Assembly: GCA_041737385.1 (NCBI GenBank)
Contig: JBGSRU010000002.1
Location: 1-54,760, forward strand
Source of the DNA: Candidatus Saccharimonadales bacterium
Lineage (GTDB): Bacteria > Patescibacteriota > Saccharimonadia > Saccharimonadales > SZUA-47
Length of the DNA: 54,760 bases
Direction: 5' to 3'
A model generated the notes under the pieces. The model made no database searches. It worked only from the letters and a program-made list of their open reading frames with translations, and was not told the origin of the DNA. Positions within the stretch are counted from its first letter, which is position 1. The number at the start of each line of letters is the position of its first letter. A program made the translations under genes and the position numbers. Positions 37,215-46,849 of the stretch are shown here, in pieces.

Positions 37215-39014
37215 GTGGATGACGCAAAACGAGCCTATCATAGGTTAAAGCTGCAGATTCGGCGTCGCGTAAGACGTCAAAAAAAGCAGGTAGAAGATAT
37301 TACAGTTCAAGCAGATAATTCGCTTGATCGACATGTTTTTAAAAGATTTAATCGGCTATATGACGTGCGAAGGTTTGTGTTCGCGTGGGTTGCCTTATTG
37401 TTTTTTGCTGGATTTGGGGCAGTCTGGCAAGTAAAAGGTCTTGACCATTTCTATCTTGAGCTTGCACCAGTCAACGGCGGCGTTTATAGAGAAGGTATAC
37501 TAGGTAACTATACAACTGCAAATCCGCTTTTTGCAGTCGGTAGTGCTAATGTTTCTGTCTCAGGACTCGTATTTTCAGGTCTTTTCCAGCTTGCGCCGAA
37601 CGGTGAACTTGAGCCAGATTTAGCAACTAAACTAGAAGTTGGTGAGGATACAAAAACTTATACTGTCTCTCTTCGCGATGATGTATATTGGCATGACGGC
37701 GAAAAATTTGACGCTGATGATGTCGTATTCACCTATAATGTAATTACGAATCCTGAGGTTAAATCACCATTGCTCTCGAGCTGGTCCGGAGTTAAAGTTT
37801 CGGTTCAGGACAGTCGCACAGTAGTATTTACGCTACCAAACACACTTAGTTCGTTTAGATACTCACTTACAAACGGCATCGTACCAGAACATATATTACG
37901 AGACACTGCGCCTGCTGACCTGCGTAACGTGGCATTTAACACGGTTAGTCCTATTGGAACTGGTCCATTTATATATGACTCAGTTGAAGTTCTCGGTGAC
38001 AATATAGAAGAAAGACACGAGAAAATTGCGTTGAACGCAAACACAAATTATTATTTGCCACCACCAAAGATCGAAAGTGTTGTTATGCGAACTTTTAGGT
38101 TCGAAGAGGATATGCTGGAGGCTTTCGAAGCAAAAGAAATTAACTCCATGGTTGGGCTACAAACAGTATCAGACGTATTACTGCAAGACGAATCGATAAA
38201 AACATTTAGTACGCCACTATCCAGCCAAGTTATGGTGTTTATGAACAACGATTCACTGTCCCTTAGCGATGTAAAGGTACGACAAGCTCTTTCATATGCG
38301 ACGGATACGACTGCGCTCAGACAAAGCATTGGATACCAGCTGATTGAATCAGATCAGCCGTTTTTAAAGTCACACTTCGCTTACGATGCGACAAAATCAC
38401 AAGTAGGCTTTAACTTTGTCGAAGCGGAGCGCTTGCTAGACGAAGCAGGATGGATAAAGAATGAAGATGGTATCCGCATGAAGGAAAATCAGCTGTTGAA
38501 TTTACGTCTTGTGTCGCAAAGTTTGACTGAATATGCAGCTGTTGTGAGGGGGTTACAGGAACAATGGGCGAAGCTGGGTGTCTCAGTTGAGGCGTTTTTA
38601 CAGCCAGAAGCTGATGTCCAGTCGGGGGCACTGACACGCCATGATTATGATGTTTTGCTGTACGGAATCTCTATCGGTCCTGATCCTGATGTTTTTGCTT
38701 ACTGGCATAGCTCTCAAGCTGATCCTAGAATAAAATCACGATTAAACTTAAGCGAGTACAAAAGTGACGCCGCCGATGCAGGCCTAGAAGGCGGACGTAC
38801 TCGTTTAGACGAGACATTACGTAAAGTAAAGTATGGGCCTTTCCTCGATGCATGGCGCAGTGATGCGCCAGCTATTGCGCTGTATCAGCCACGATTTTTG
38901 TTTGTCGTGAGAGGGACCTTAGAGGGATATGTATCAGGTGAGTTTAATACGCCAGCTGATCGGTTTTACTCAATTAATCAGTGGCAAGTACGTCGCGAAA
39001 AGACTATTAAGTAA
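37215..39014 (+). CDS. Family 5 (peptide/nickel) ABC substrate-binding protein, membrane-anchored
   Basis: NPL, PDLA, LR.DV.WHDG..F.ADDVVFT, PIGTGPF, VRQAL..A.D, A..LLDEAGW motifs; basic N-terminus plus TM helix. Confidence 0.9.
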   Translation: MDDAKRAYHRLKLQIRRRVRRQKKQVEDITVQADNSLDRHVFKRFNRLYDVRRFVFAWVALLFFAGFGAVWQVKGLDHFYLELAPVNGGVYREGILGNYTTANPLFAVGSANVSVSGLVFSGLFQLAPNGELEPDLATKLEVGEDTKTYTVSLRDDVYWHDGEKFDADDVVFTYNVITNPEVKSPLLSSWSGVKVSVQDSRTVVFTLPNTLSSFRYSLTNGIVPEHILRDTAPADLRNVAFNTVSPIGTGPFIYDSVEVLGDNIEERHEKIALNANTNYYLPPPKIESVVMRTFRFEEDMLEAFEAKEINSMVGLQTVSDVLLQDESIKTFSTPLSSQVMVFMNNDSLSLSDVKVRQALSYATDTTALRQSIGYQLIESDQPFLKSHFAYDATKSQVGFNFVEAERLLDEAGWIKNEDGIRMKENQLLNLRLVSQSLTEYAAVVRGLQEQWAKLGVSVEAFLQPEADVQSGALTRHDYDVLLYGISIGPDPDVFAYWHSSQADPRIKSRLNLSEYKSDAADAGLEGGRTRLDETLRKVKYGPFLDAWRSDAPAIALYQPRFLFVVRGTLEGYVSGEFNTPADRFYSINQWQVRREKTIK

Positions 39015-39099
39015 ATATAAAGTCACAAAACTCTAGTCGTGACTGAAAGATACTCCTTATGCTATGATGAATGCATTCAAATGAAAAGAGTATTAACCA

Positions 39100-40734
39100 G
39101 TGAATAAAGTTGCACAATACTTGCAGCAACATTTAAGCGGAGAAATTTTAACGTCTCCGACTGTGTTGCGATATTTTTCTACTGACGAAAGCATTCTTCA
39201 ACTAACCCCGCAGCTAATCGTCTATCCAAGATCAGAAAACGACATTCGAAAAACAGCTAGATTCACGTGGCAGCTTGCTGAAAAAGGCCGTGTCGTGCCT
39301 ATTACCGCTAGAGGCATGGGAACAGATCAGACAGGAGCTTCATTAGGAAGCGGCGTGATAATGGCAATGCCTGCACATATGAATAAAGTGATAGAACTTG
39401 ATCCAAAAACAGGTATTGTTACTGTCGAAGCTGGTATATCCCTAGACAAACTACAACAGGTGCTCCATACGCATGGGAGATTTCTGCCACCAGTATCGGC
39501 AGTTAACAAATATGCAACTGCTGGTGGCGCTGTATCAAATAATGACAGCGGACGTGCTAGTTATAAATACGGCCCAATGCAAGCATTCGTACGAGGATTG
39601 CGCGTTGTACTCGCAAACGGTGAGCTTATTGAAACCGGTAGGCTGAGTAAGCGTGAACTCAACAAAAAGCTTGGTCTCGCATCATTTGAAGGCGAGATAT
39701 ATCGCTCACTGGATAAATTAATCGAAGAATCTCATGATACGCTCGCTGAACTTGCTGAAATTACTGATCACAGTGCTGCTGGATTTGATATATCTGATGT
39801 TAGACAAAAAGACGGATCTTTTGATCTGACGCCACTATTTGTTGGTGCACAGGGAACGCTCGGTATTATCAGCGAAATAACCTTTGATACACTTCCATTT
39901 AACCCAACAGAAGACTTTTTTGTTGCTGGATTTGCAGATCGAGCACAAGCATGGCGAGCAGTAGAATCGATAAACAACCTCAAAGAAGGACCTGCAACAA
40001 TTGATTTCGTAGATGTCAGCTTACTAAAGCTATTGCAGGATATCAACCCAGCTGTGTTGAGGCCTTTAGAGGGAGGAATGCCTGCAGTTTTGTTATTTAT
40101 TACGATTGACAATGACGCACAAAGAACCCGTAAAAAAATCCAGAAAAAGACAATCAAAATCCTATCAGATGGTGAAGCAGAAGTTATCACGCCACAAGAG
40201 TCAGAAGTAGAAGTTTGGGAACGATTACGAGATGGAGCTTCAATGTATCTTACGCATTCTCAAGGCAAGAAGCAGGCTTTACCGGTTCTTGATGATGCGC
40301 AAGTGCCAATTGAGCGCATGGCAGAATGCTTCAAAGAGCTAGATGGGCTTATGGAGACAGCGGGACTTACAGAATATGCGTCTTGGGGCCAAGCTGGTAC
40401 TGGATTAATCCATGTTGCACCGCTTCTAGATATATCTTCCGTCGGTGATAGGCAAAAGATGTTTAAAGTTATGGAAGCATACTATGGCTATATTTGCTCC
40501 ATTAAGGGATCAATAGCGGGTGAGTATGCTGAGGGGCGAATAAGGGGCCTATTCAACGTAAACCAGTTTAACCAAAATGCAATGGATGTTTTTCATCGTA
40601 TAAAGAATATTTTTGATCCAGCTCATATTTTGAATCCTAACGTCAAGCTTGATGTAAAACCTGAAGAAGTAAAAGCAATGGTGCGACAAGAGTATTCATT
40701 AGATCATCAGTATAACCATTTACCAAGAAGTTGA
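39100..40734 (+). CDS. FAD-binding oxidoreductase (GlcD/D-lactate dehydrogenase, VAO family)
   Basis: P..IVYP, ITARG.GT, VEAG, T.GG.V.NN.SG, GAQGTLGII, FDP..ILNP motifs. Confidence 0.85.
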   Translation: MNKVAQYLQQHLSGEILTSPTVLRYFSTDESILQLTPQLIVYPRSENDIRKTARFTWQLAEKGRVVPITARGMGTDQTGASLGSGVIMAMPAHMNKVIELDPKTGIVTVEAGISLDKLQQVLHTHGRFLPPVSAVNKYATAGGAVSNNDSGRASYKYGPMQAFVRGLRVVLANGELIETGRLSKRELNKKLGLASFEGEIYRSLDKLIEESHDTLAELAEITDHSAAGFDISDVRQKDGSFDLTPLFVGAQGTLGIISEITFDTLPFNPTEDFFVAGFADRAQAWRAVESINNLKEGPATIDFVDVSLLKLLQDINPAVLRPLEGGMPAVLLFITIDNDAQRTRKKIQKKTIKILSDGEAEVITPQESEVEVWERLRDGASMYLTHSQGKKQALPVLDDAQVPIERMAECFKELDGLMETAGLTEYASWGQAGTGLIHVAPLLDISSVGDRQKMFKVMEAYYGYICSIKGSIAGEYAEGRIRGLFNVNQFNQNAMDVFHRIKNIFDPAHILNPNVKLDVKPEEVKAMVRQEYSLDHQYNHLPRS

Positions 40735-40771
40735 TTAAAACTAAATTTTCTTTGTCATGTAAATTTATATA

Positions 40772-40792
40772 AAAAAACTGGTTTGAGCCCAG
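40772..40792 (-). terminator. Intrinsic terminator downstream of the tRNA locus
   Basis: Minus strand actgg-gctcaaa-ccagt followed by a T run. Confidence 0.6.
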
Positions 40793-40800
40793 TCGTTATA

Positions 40801-40824
40801 TTTGGTGCGGATGAGAGGACTTGA
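40801..40824 (-). repeat. Exact 24-bp duplicate of the tRNA-Leu 3' end (att-like)
   Basis: tttggtgcggatgagaggacttga is identical to 40957..40980, 156 bp away. The copy begins in the T-loop. Confidence 0.9.
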
Positions 40825-40920
40825 GAATCGTTTCTTGCTCTGTCAACAAGTTGTCAAGTAACGTTCCTACTCAGAGTGCCACCGGCACTCTTCCCCTCCG
40901 GTTCAAGTCGTTTGTCCACC

Positions 40921-40958
40921 AAAACAATAAGCCGACCACGAGGGTCGGCAGGTTGTTT
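40921..40958 (-). terminator. Terminator immediately after tRNA-Leu
   Basis: Minus strand gccgacc-ctcgt-ggtcggc then ttattgtttt. Confidence 0.7.
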
Positions 40959-41042
40959 TGGTGCGGATGAGAGGACTTGAACCTCCACACCTTTCGGCAC
41001 TTGCCCCTCAGACAAGCGTGTCTACCATTCCACCACATCCGC
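40959..41042 (-). tRNA. tRNA-Leu(GAG)
   Basis: GCGGATG..CATCCGC-ACCA acceptor, anticodon arm cttgt-ctGAGgg-gcaag, long variable arm, GGTTCAAGTCC. Confidence 0.97.
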
Positions 41043-41070
41043 AAATAATACAGTAAAACTTTCAAAATTG

Positions 41071-41147
41071 TGGTGGGTGATGAGGGACTTGAACCCCCGA
41101 CCCCCTCGGTGTAAACGAGGTGCTCTAGCCAGCTGAGCTAATCACCC
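41071..41147 (-). tRNA. tRNA-Val(TAC)
   Basis: GGGTGAT..ATCACCC-ACCA, anticodon arm cctcg-ttTACac-cgagg, T-loop GGTTCAAGTCC. Confidence 0.97.
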
Positions 41148-41341
41148 ACTTTGTGCTTATGGACTAACTTTTTGCTGTCAGTAAGAGTACATATTTATTT
41201 ATTACTAAAAACTTGCAGCTTGAGTTATTTACCTAAGTCATTAGATTCTACTATTTTCTCTTGTCAAAAACAATAGTTACTTAAAAACAACTAGGTAAAA
41301 GTGCTATAATTTATCCAGATAAACTAAAGGAGTTTAAAGAA

Positions 41342-41899
41342 ATGATAATTGGTTTAATTGTTCTTGCGGTCGTTGCAGTCTTTTTGATTGCAATGTATAA
41401 CGGTTTAGTAAGTACAAAAGTACGCGTTGATGAAGCATGGAGTGATATCACTGTTCAGCTTAAACGACGAATAGATTTGATACCTAATCTAGTCGAGACC
41501 GTAAAAGGATACGCAAAGCACGAAAAAAGTGTCTTTGAAGAAGTAACACAAGCGCGATCAGCAATGATTAATGCGGGAAATGATGTTGCAGCGAATGCTA
41601 AGGCTGACAATATGATGGAAAGCGCCCTAAAAAGTATCTTTGCGGTTGCAGAAGCTTATCCTGACCTTAAAGCAAGTGAAAACTTTAAAGAACTCCAGGC
41701 AGAACTCGTTGACACTGAAGACAAAATCCAAGCATCAAGACGATTCTATAACGGCGCTGTTCGTGATTTGAACATCAAAGTTAAAACATTCCCAACTATT
41801 TTATTTGCAAAAATGCTAGGTTTCTCAGAGCGTGAGTTTTTTGAGCTTGATGAGGCTGAACAAGCGGTAGCAGAAAAACCTGTTGACGTTAAGTTCTAA
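41342..41899 (+). CDS. lemA: LemA family protein
   Basis: YN.LV......EAWSDI.VQLKRR.DLIPNLVETVKGY, AVAEAYPDLKA, RRFYN motifs; AAGGAG SD. Confidence 0.95.
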   Translation: MIIGLIVLAVVAVFLIAMYNGLVSTKVRVDEAWSDITVQLKRRIDLIPNLVETVKGYAKHEKSVFEEVTQARSAMINAGNDVAANAKADNMMESALKSIFAVAEAYPDLKASENFKELQAELVDTEDKIQASRRFYNGAVRDLNIKVKTFPTILFAKMLGFSEREFFELDEAEQAVAEKPVDVKF

Positions 41900-41928
41900 T
41901 AATTAGCTAGTAGCGAAAATAACTAACA

Positions 41929-42816
41929 ATGTATAGCGAAATAGCAGCAAACAAAAGAAAAACACTCATACTCCTTGCAGGCTTTTTTGCCCTGATAGGT
42001 GGACTTGCTTACGTTTTCGGTATTGCATATAACGACTTCACCATCACCTACGGAGCGCTTATCGGGGCAGGGATATATGTATTAATTAGTTATTACTCTG
42101 CTTCAAAACTTGCACTAGGAATGAATGGTGCAAAACAGATCCAAAAGCAAGACAACCCGCGTTTATGGCGAATAGTTGAGAATCTTGCAATAACAAACGG
42201 CATGACCATGCCAAAAGTGTATATAATAGATGATCCAGCGCTAAACGCCTTTGCGACTGGTAGAAATCCTGAGCACGCCATAGTTGCTGCAACTTCAGGA
42301 ATTCTTGATACTTTGAATGATCAAGAGCTAGAAGGCGTAATGGCTCACGAGCTAGGGCATGTGAAAAATTATGACATTCGAGTGAGCATGATCGCTTTTG
42401 CGCTCGTGGCTGTGGTGTCAATTATGGCTGACTTATTCTTGAGAGTTAGTTTTTTTGGTGGCAGATCTTCCGATGACGACAACAACTCGTCATCTCCAGT
42501 TCTAATGGTGTTGTCTATAGTCGCAATTGTACTTGCTCCGATTGTAGCTTCTTTAATTCAACTCGCGATTTCTCGTAAGAGAGAATATTTAGCAGATGCA
42601 ACTGGTGCACTGACAACTCGCTATCCCGAGGGACTTGCTAGTGCTCTTGAGAAAATTAGCCAAGGTGGCTCTACACTAAAAAGACAAAATGCTTCAACTG
42701 CTCATTTTTTCATTGCAAATCCACTGAAAGGAAAATCATTCTCAGCGCTGTTTAGTACTCATCCACCGATTGAAAGTAGAGTAGCTAAGCTTAGAGGCAT
42801 GGAAACGAAGTTGTGA
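41929..42816 (+). CDS. htpX: HtpX-family M48 zinc metalloprotease
   Basis: NAFATGR, AHELGHV.N.D, SRKREYLADA, FSTHPP...R motifs. Confidence 0.93.
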   Translation: MYSEIAANKRKTLILLAGFFALIGGLAYVFGIAYNDFTITYGALIGAGIYVLISYYSASKLALGMNGAKQIQKQDNPRLWRIVENLAITNGMTMPKVYIIDDPALNAFATGRNPEHAIVAATSGILDTLNDQELEGVMAHELGHVKNYDIRVSMIAFALVAVVSIMADLFLRVSFFGGRSSDDDNNSSSPVLMVLSIVAIVLAPIVASLIQLAISRKREYLADATGALTTRYPEGLASALEKISQGGSTLKRQNASTAHFFIANPLKGKSFSALFSTHPPIESRVAKLRGMETKL

Positions 42817-43802
42817 GCGAAAAAAAATCAACAACAAAAAATAAAAAAACGAATAAAAAAACCATGGTTGTAAAAAAACCTAAAATATTAGCAGATGATG
42901 CTCGTATCAGAATGAAGCCGCACTACAAATCTCTTCGGCTTCATAAAAGAGTAAAACATCATGAGCCCAGCCTCCCGTCTTGGTGGAATATCACAAAAAA
43001 AGCCGTTAAACTTCTACTAGTGAACAAGAAAAATATAGGATGGTTTTTTTTGGTATATGGTGTGCTGTATATAGTTTTTGTCAGAGGCTTTGTGGCACCC
43101 GTAAATATCAGTGAGATAAGAGATTCTTTTGACTCAATCGCAACCGAAGAAGTATCTTCACTGGCAGCAAACTTTACTGTATTTAGTCTTATGGTGCAAT
43201 CAACATCAAGCGCAGCCGGCGACGTTGCGGGGCTATACCAAATGTTTTTTATAATTATTAGCGTACTCGCGCTTATTTGGCTGTTTCGCCAGCAACAGGC
43301 GGGCAATAAAGTCAGTATGAAGCTCGCGTTTTATAGAGGCATGTATCCTCTTATACCTTTTATTATGATTGTTGCAGTCATCGGATTACAAACAATTCCT
43401 GCTTCGATAGGTAACTATTTGTTTCGTACAGTTGTTGACTCTGGATTTGCGGTGACTGTTGTCGAACAGGCTATTTGGCTGCTTCTTTTCTTGTTGTTGC
43501 TTCTGCTGTCTTTATACATGATTAGCTCATCATTGATCGCACTTTTTGTTGTAACTCTTCCAGAAATGACGCCACTCGTTGCTCTTAAAAAGGCAAAAGA
43601 GCTTGTACAATTTAGACGGTTTAGTGTGCTTAGAAAAGTACTTGCACTGCTAATTTTTATCCTCGTGTTATTTATTGGAAGTGTGTTCCCGCTTATTTTT
43701 GTGTCAGCTGGTCTTGCGCAACTACTATTTTTTACGTTGACCATCTTGACGGTTCCGCTGGCGACCGCTTATTTGTTTGTATTGTATAGAGAGCATCTGT
43801 AA
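42813..43802 (+). CDS. Polytopic membrane protein
   Basis: Basic N-terminus and about six TM helices. Confidence 0.8.
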   Translation: MSEKKSTTKNKKTNKKTMVVKKPKILADDARIRMKPHYKSLRLHKRVKHHEPSLPSWWNITKKAVKLLLVNKKNIGWFFLVYGVLYIVFVRGFVAPVNISEIRDSFDSIATEEVSSLAANFTVFSLMVQSTSSAAGDVAGLYQMFFIIISVLALIWLFRQQQAGNKVSMKLAFYRGMYPLIPFIMIVAVIGLQTIPASIGNYLFRTVVDSGFAVTVVEQAIWLLLFLLLLLLSLYMISSSLIALFVVTLPEMTPLVALKKAKELVQFRRFSVLRKVLALLIFILVLFIGSVFPLIFVSAGLAQLLFFTLTILTVPLATAYLFVLYREHL

Positions 43803-43806
43803 AAAA

Positions 43807-45822
43807 ATGGATAAAGCACAAGCAGCCGAGCGCCTTCAAAAATTACGCGAGCTGATAAACGATTATCGCTATCATTATCACGTACTCGACGAATCATTGA
43901 TGTCGGAAGCTGCTGCTGACAGTCTGAAACATGAGCTCACTACTCTGGAAGAACTATTCCCTGATCTCGTTACTGCTGATTCACCAAGTCAACGTGTTGC
44001 TGGCCAAGCATTAGAAAAGTTCACGAAAGTTGCTCATAAATTTCCCATGATTAGTCTCAACGATGTTTTTAATCGTCAGGAGATACAGGCATGGATTGAA
44101 CGGACTGAAAAGTTAGCACCACACCACAACAGAGAATATTTTGTTGACATAAAAATGGATGGGCTCGCGTGTTCTTTGATCTATGAAGACGGCAAACTTG
44201 CTCAAGCAGTTACAAGGGGTGATGGAAGTGTCGGTGAGGATGTCACAACAAACATACGAACGATACAAAATATCCCACTTCGTTTACGAAAAACTCCTAA
44301 AACTATGAAGTTTTTAAGCGGCAGGACTGAGATTCGTGGTGAAATCGTGATGTATAAGTCTGACTTTAACAGGCTAAATAAAGCCCGCGTAGCTAGTGGA
44401 GATGATCAATTCAAAAATCCCCGCAATCTAGCAGCAGGCACAATACGTCAGCTTGATCCGGCATTGGTTGCAAAGCGACCATTACACTTTCACGCATATG
44501 ATTTATTGCGTGATGATATCAGGGACATAGCAACTTATCTCGAAGCATACCAGATGATAAGAGAACTTGGGATTAATGCAAACAAAATAGCCTCGGTGTT
44601 CAAAAGTATCGATAAATTACTAGAATTTGCAAACGAATGGAATGTAAAACGACAAAAATTGAAGTTCAATAGTGATGGGATGGTTATTAAGGTTAATGAA
44701 CGTCTGCTGTACGCTGATCTTGGTATTGTCGGTAAAACACCACGTGGAGCAGTTGCCTATAAATATCCGGCTGAAGAAGCGACAACTATAGTGAAAGATA
44801 TTGTTATAAGTATTGGTAGAACTGGCGCCGCAACTCCAGTTGCAGTGTTTGATCCAGTGAGTGTTGCGGGCACAACTGTTCAACACGCGAGCTTACATAA
44901 TGCTGACGAAATAGATCGTAAAGATATTCGTATCGGCGACACTGTTGTTATCCATAAAGCTGGAGATATTATTCCTCAAGTCGTACGAGTGTTAACAGAA
45001 CTACGACCGAAACCATCAAAACGGTTTCATTACGAAGTAGAGTTACACAGGCAATACCCCGAGCTTGAGTTTGTGCGTCCAGAAGGCGAAGCAGTCTATA
45101 GAATGAAAGGTGTAACTGGGCCATTATTGCTAAAGCGTGGGTTGCAGCATTTTGCCAGCAAAGGAGCCTTAGATATCGAAGGACTGGGAGAAAAAAATAT
45201 CGTCGCACTCGTCGACGCGGGGCTAGTTAAAGATTTTGCTGATATTTATGAAATCAAGAAAAAACAGCTTGAGGAGCTTGAAAGATTCGCAGAAGTATCG
45301 GCCGCAAAACTAGTTGAAGCTATCGCCCTTAAGAAGTCGCCACCTCTTCACCGGTTTATTTATGGTCTTGGTATACGCCATGTTGGTGCACAAACTGCAA
45401 TTGATTTAGCACAGACATTTAAAAAGCTTGATTCTGTTGGAACGGCAACTTATGAAGAGCTCAAAAATGTTGAAGGAGTTGGTGAAATAGTTGCTGAATC
45501 AGTACTCGGGTGGTTTGTAGACGAAGACAACCAAGCATTGCTAGCAAAGTTTAGACGACTTGAAGTTTGGCCGGAAGACGTAAAACATATTGGTGGTAAA
45601 CTATCCGGAAGTAGTTTCGTTATTACTGGTAGCCTAGAATCAATGAGTCGCGACGCAGCAGCTGATAAAGTCAGAGAATTAGGTGGCACTTTTCAGAGCT
45701 CAATGGCGAAAGGCACGACGTATTTAGTCATGGGTAATAAGGCAGGTCAATCAAAAGCCGACAAAGCACGCAAACTCGGAACAGAAGTTATAAGCGAAGA
45801 AAAACTATTGGAGTTATTATGA
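43807..45822 (+). CDS. ligA: NAD-dependent DNA ligase
   Basis: KMDGLA (adenylation Lys), TRGDG..GEDVT, NPRN.AAG, DG.V.K, GRTG, HhH and BRCT motifs. Start placed at ATG 43807, after the upstream stop. Confidence 0.97.
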   Translation: MDKAQAAERLQKLRELINDYRYHYHVLDESLMSEAAADSLKHELTTLEELFPDLVTADSPSQRVAGQALEKFTKVAHKFPMISLNDVFNRQEIQAWIERTEKLAPHHNREYFVDIKMDGLACSLIYEDGKLAQAVTRGDGSVGEDVTTNIRTIQNIPLRLRKTPKTMKFLSGRTEIRGEIVMYKSDFNRLNKARVASGDDQFKNPRNLAAGTIRQLDPALVAKRPLHFHAYDLLRDDIRDIATYLEAYQMIRELGINANKIASVFKSIDKLLEFANEWNVKRQKLKFNSDGMVIKVNERLLYADLGIVGKTPRGAVAYKYPAEEATTIVKDIVISIGRTGAATPVAVFDPVSVAGTTVQHASLHNADEIDRKDIRIGDTVVIHKAGDIIPQVVRVLTELRPKPSKRFHYEVELHRQYPELEFVRPEGEAVYRMKGVTGPLLLKRGLQHFASKGALDIEGLGEKNIVALVDAGLVKDFADIYEIKKKQLEELERFAEVSAAKLVEAIALKKSPPLHRFIYGLGIRHVGAQTAIDLAQTFKKLDSVGTATYEELKNVEGVGEIVAESVLGWFVDEDNQALLAKFRRLEVWPEDVKHIGGKLSGSSFVITGSLESMSRDAAADKVRELGGTFQSSMAKGTTYLVMGNKAGQSKADKARKLGTEVISEEKLLELL

Positions 45823-46364
45823 AAAACCTAGTTTACGTCACCGGTAATGCGCAAAAGGCAAAACATTTTGCTGCAATGATGAAAATGGATATACCACATA
45901 TTAGTATTGATGTTGATGAGATCCAGAGCTTAGATATCCGTGAAGTTGTCGAGCATAAAGCGCGGCAAGCGTATGCTCAAGTCAAACAGCCTGTTATTGT
46001 AGAAGACACTCAGCTCATATTTTCTTCGTTAGGCGCCCTCCCAGGGCCGTTTATAAAATGGTTTCAGCATGAACTTGGGCACGAAGGTCTTTGCCGTCTT
46101 TTAGGCGGCAAAGAGAGAACGGCTTTCGCCGGAGCTGCAATGGCTTATTTTGATGGAGCTGACATAACCATTTTTGAACGTCAACTGGAAGGGGCTATTG
46201 TTGATAAACCTTCAGAAAGCAAAACAGGTTTTGGGTGGAATATCATTTTTAAGCCGAAAGGATCCAGCATAACACTTGGCGAAATGGATGAGCTAGAATT
46301 TCATCGTTGGTATGCACAAATCAAGCCTTTTGATGAGCTAAAAAAGTTCCTATCTTCAATATAA
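45819..46364 (+). CDS. rdgB: Non-canonical purine NTP pyrophosphatase (HAM1/RdgB/ITPase family)
   Basis: VTGNA.K, DEIQ, VEHKA, VEDT, LPGPFIKWF, FGWN..F.P motifs. Confidence 0.85.
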   Translation: MKNLVYVTGNAQKAKHFAAMMKMDIPHISIDVDEIQSLDIREVVEHKARQAYAQVKQPVIVEDTQLIFSSLGALPGPFIKWFQHELGHEGLCRLLGGKERTAFAGAAMAYFDGADITIFERQLEGAIVDKPSESKTGFGWNIIFKPKGSSITLGEMDELEFHRWYAQIKPFDELKKFLSSI

Positions 46365-46442
46365 CGCATACTAAGATTAGGCAAAAATCAGATACAAAAT
46401 TAGTAGATTGCAAATAATAAGCATAAGTGAAATAATCTGATT

Positions 46443-46703
46443 ATCGGGTGTTCTAGGATATAAAAAATCAGGAAACAATCAAAGCAAATCCTAGGTGGGC
46501 ACACCCGATGAAACAGTTGAATCATTGTAAGTATTTTTATAGTGGATTTGATCGCTACAATTAATAGGATCTGGGTATTCTCTATGATGAGGTCAAGTTG
46601 AAAGTTGCTTGTAACATATCGTAAAGAGACATTCTCCCAAAAAAACTCGTTTTCATGGACAATTTTTGGGTCTCCCTAAGATAGGTCGAATCCTTTCGAA
46701 ACC
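46443..46703. other. Hairpin-dense intergenic region, candidate ncRNA or tRNA leader
   Basis: Stems atcgggtgt/acacccgat, ctaggat/atcctag, tctctatgat/atcgtaaagaga, cccaaaaa/tttttggg, aggt..cgaa/ttcg..acct. Confidence 0.35.
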
Positions 46704-46727
46704 TGTATAATCAGTTTAGCTTCTTTT

Positions 46728-46804
46728 GGGGCATTGGCGCAGTTGGCTAGCGCGCATCCATGGCATGGATGAGGCCAAGGGTTCGAATCCCTTATGCTCC
46801 ACCA
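46728..46804 (+). tRNA. tRNA-Ala(GGC)
   Basis: GGGGCAT/ATGCTCC-ACCA with G3:U70, anticodon arm catcc-atGGCat-ggatg, GGTTCGAATCC. Confidence 0.97.
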
Positions 46805-46849
46805 TAAAATCATTAACAGGAGCTTCTAGCAGATGCTACAATACATCGT

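Larger units (their letters stand above)
40801..40980. mobile_element. tRNA-integrated mini-element or island scar
   Basis: Bounded by the 24-bp direct repeats; internal hairpins and an inverted tRNA-end copy; no ORF. Confidence 0.55.

Noticed and set aside
40871-41065. 64-aa minus-strand ORF
   Set aside because: It overlaps tRNA-Leu and its terminator, so it is spurious.
46500-46520. CCCGATGAAAC resembling part of a SAM-I riboswitch
   Set aside because: The GCAACC, GGTGC and AUC..GAU elements are absent and no methionine gene is downstream.
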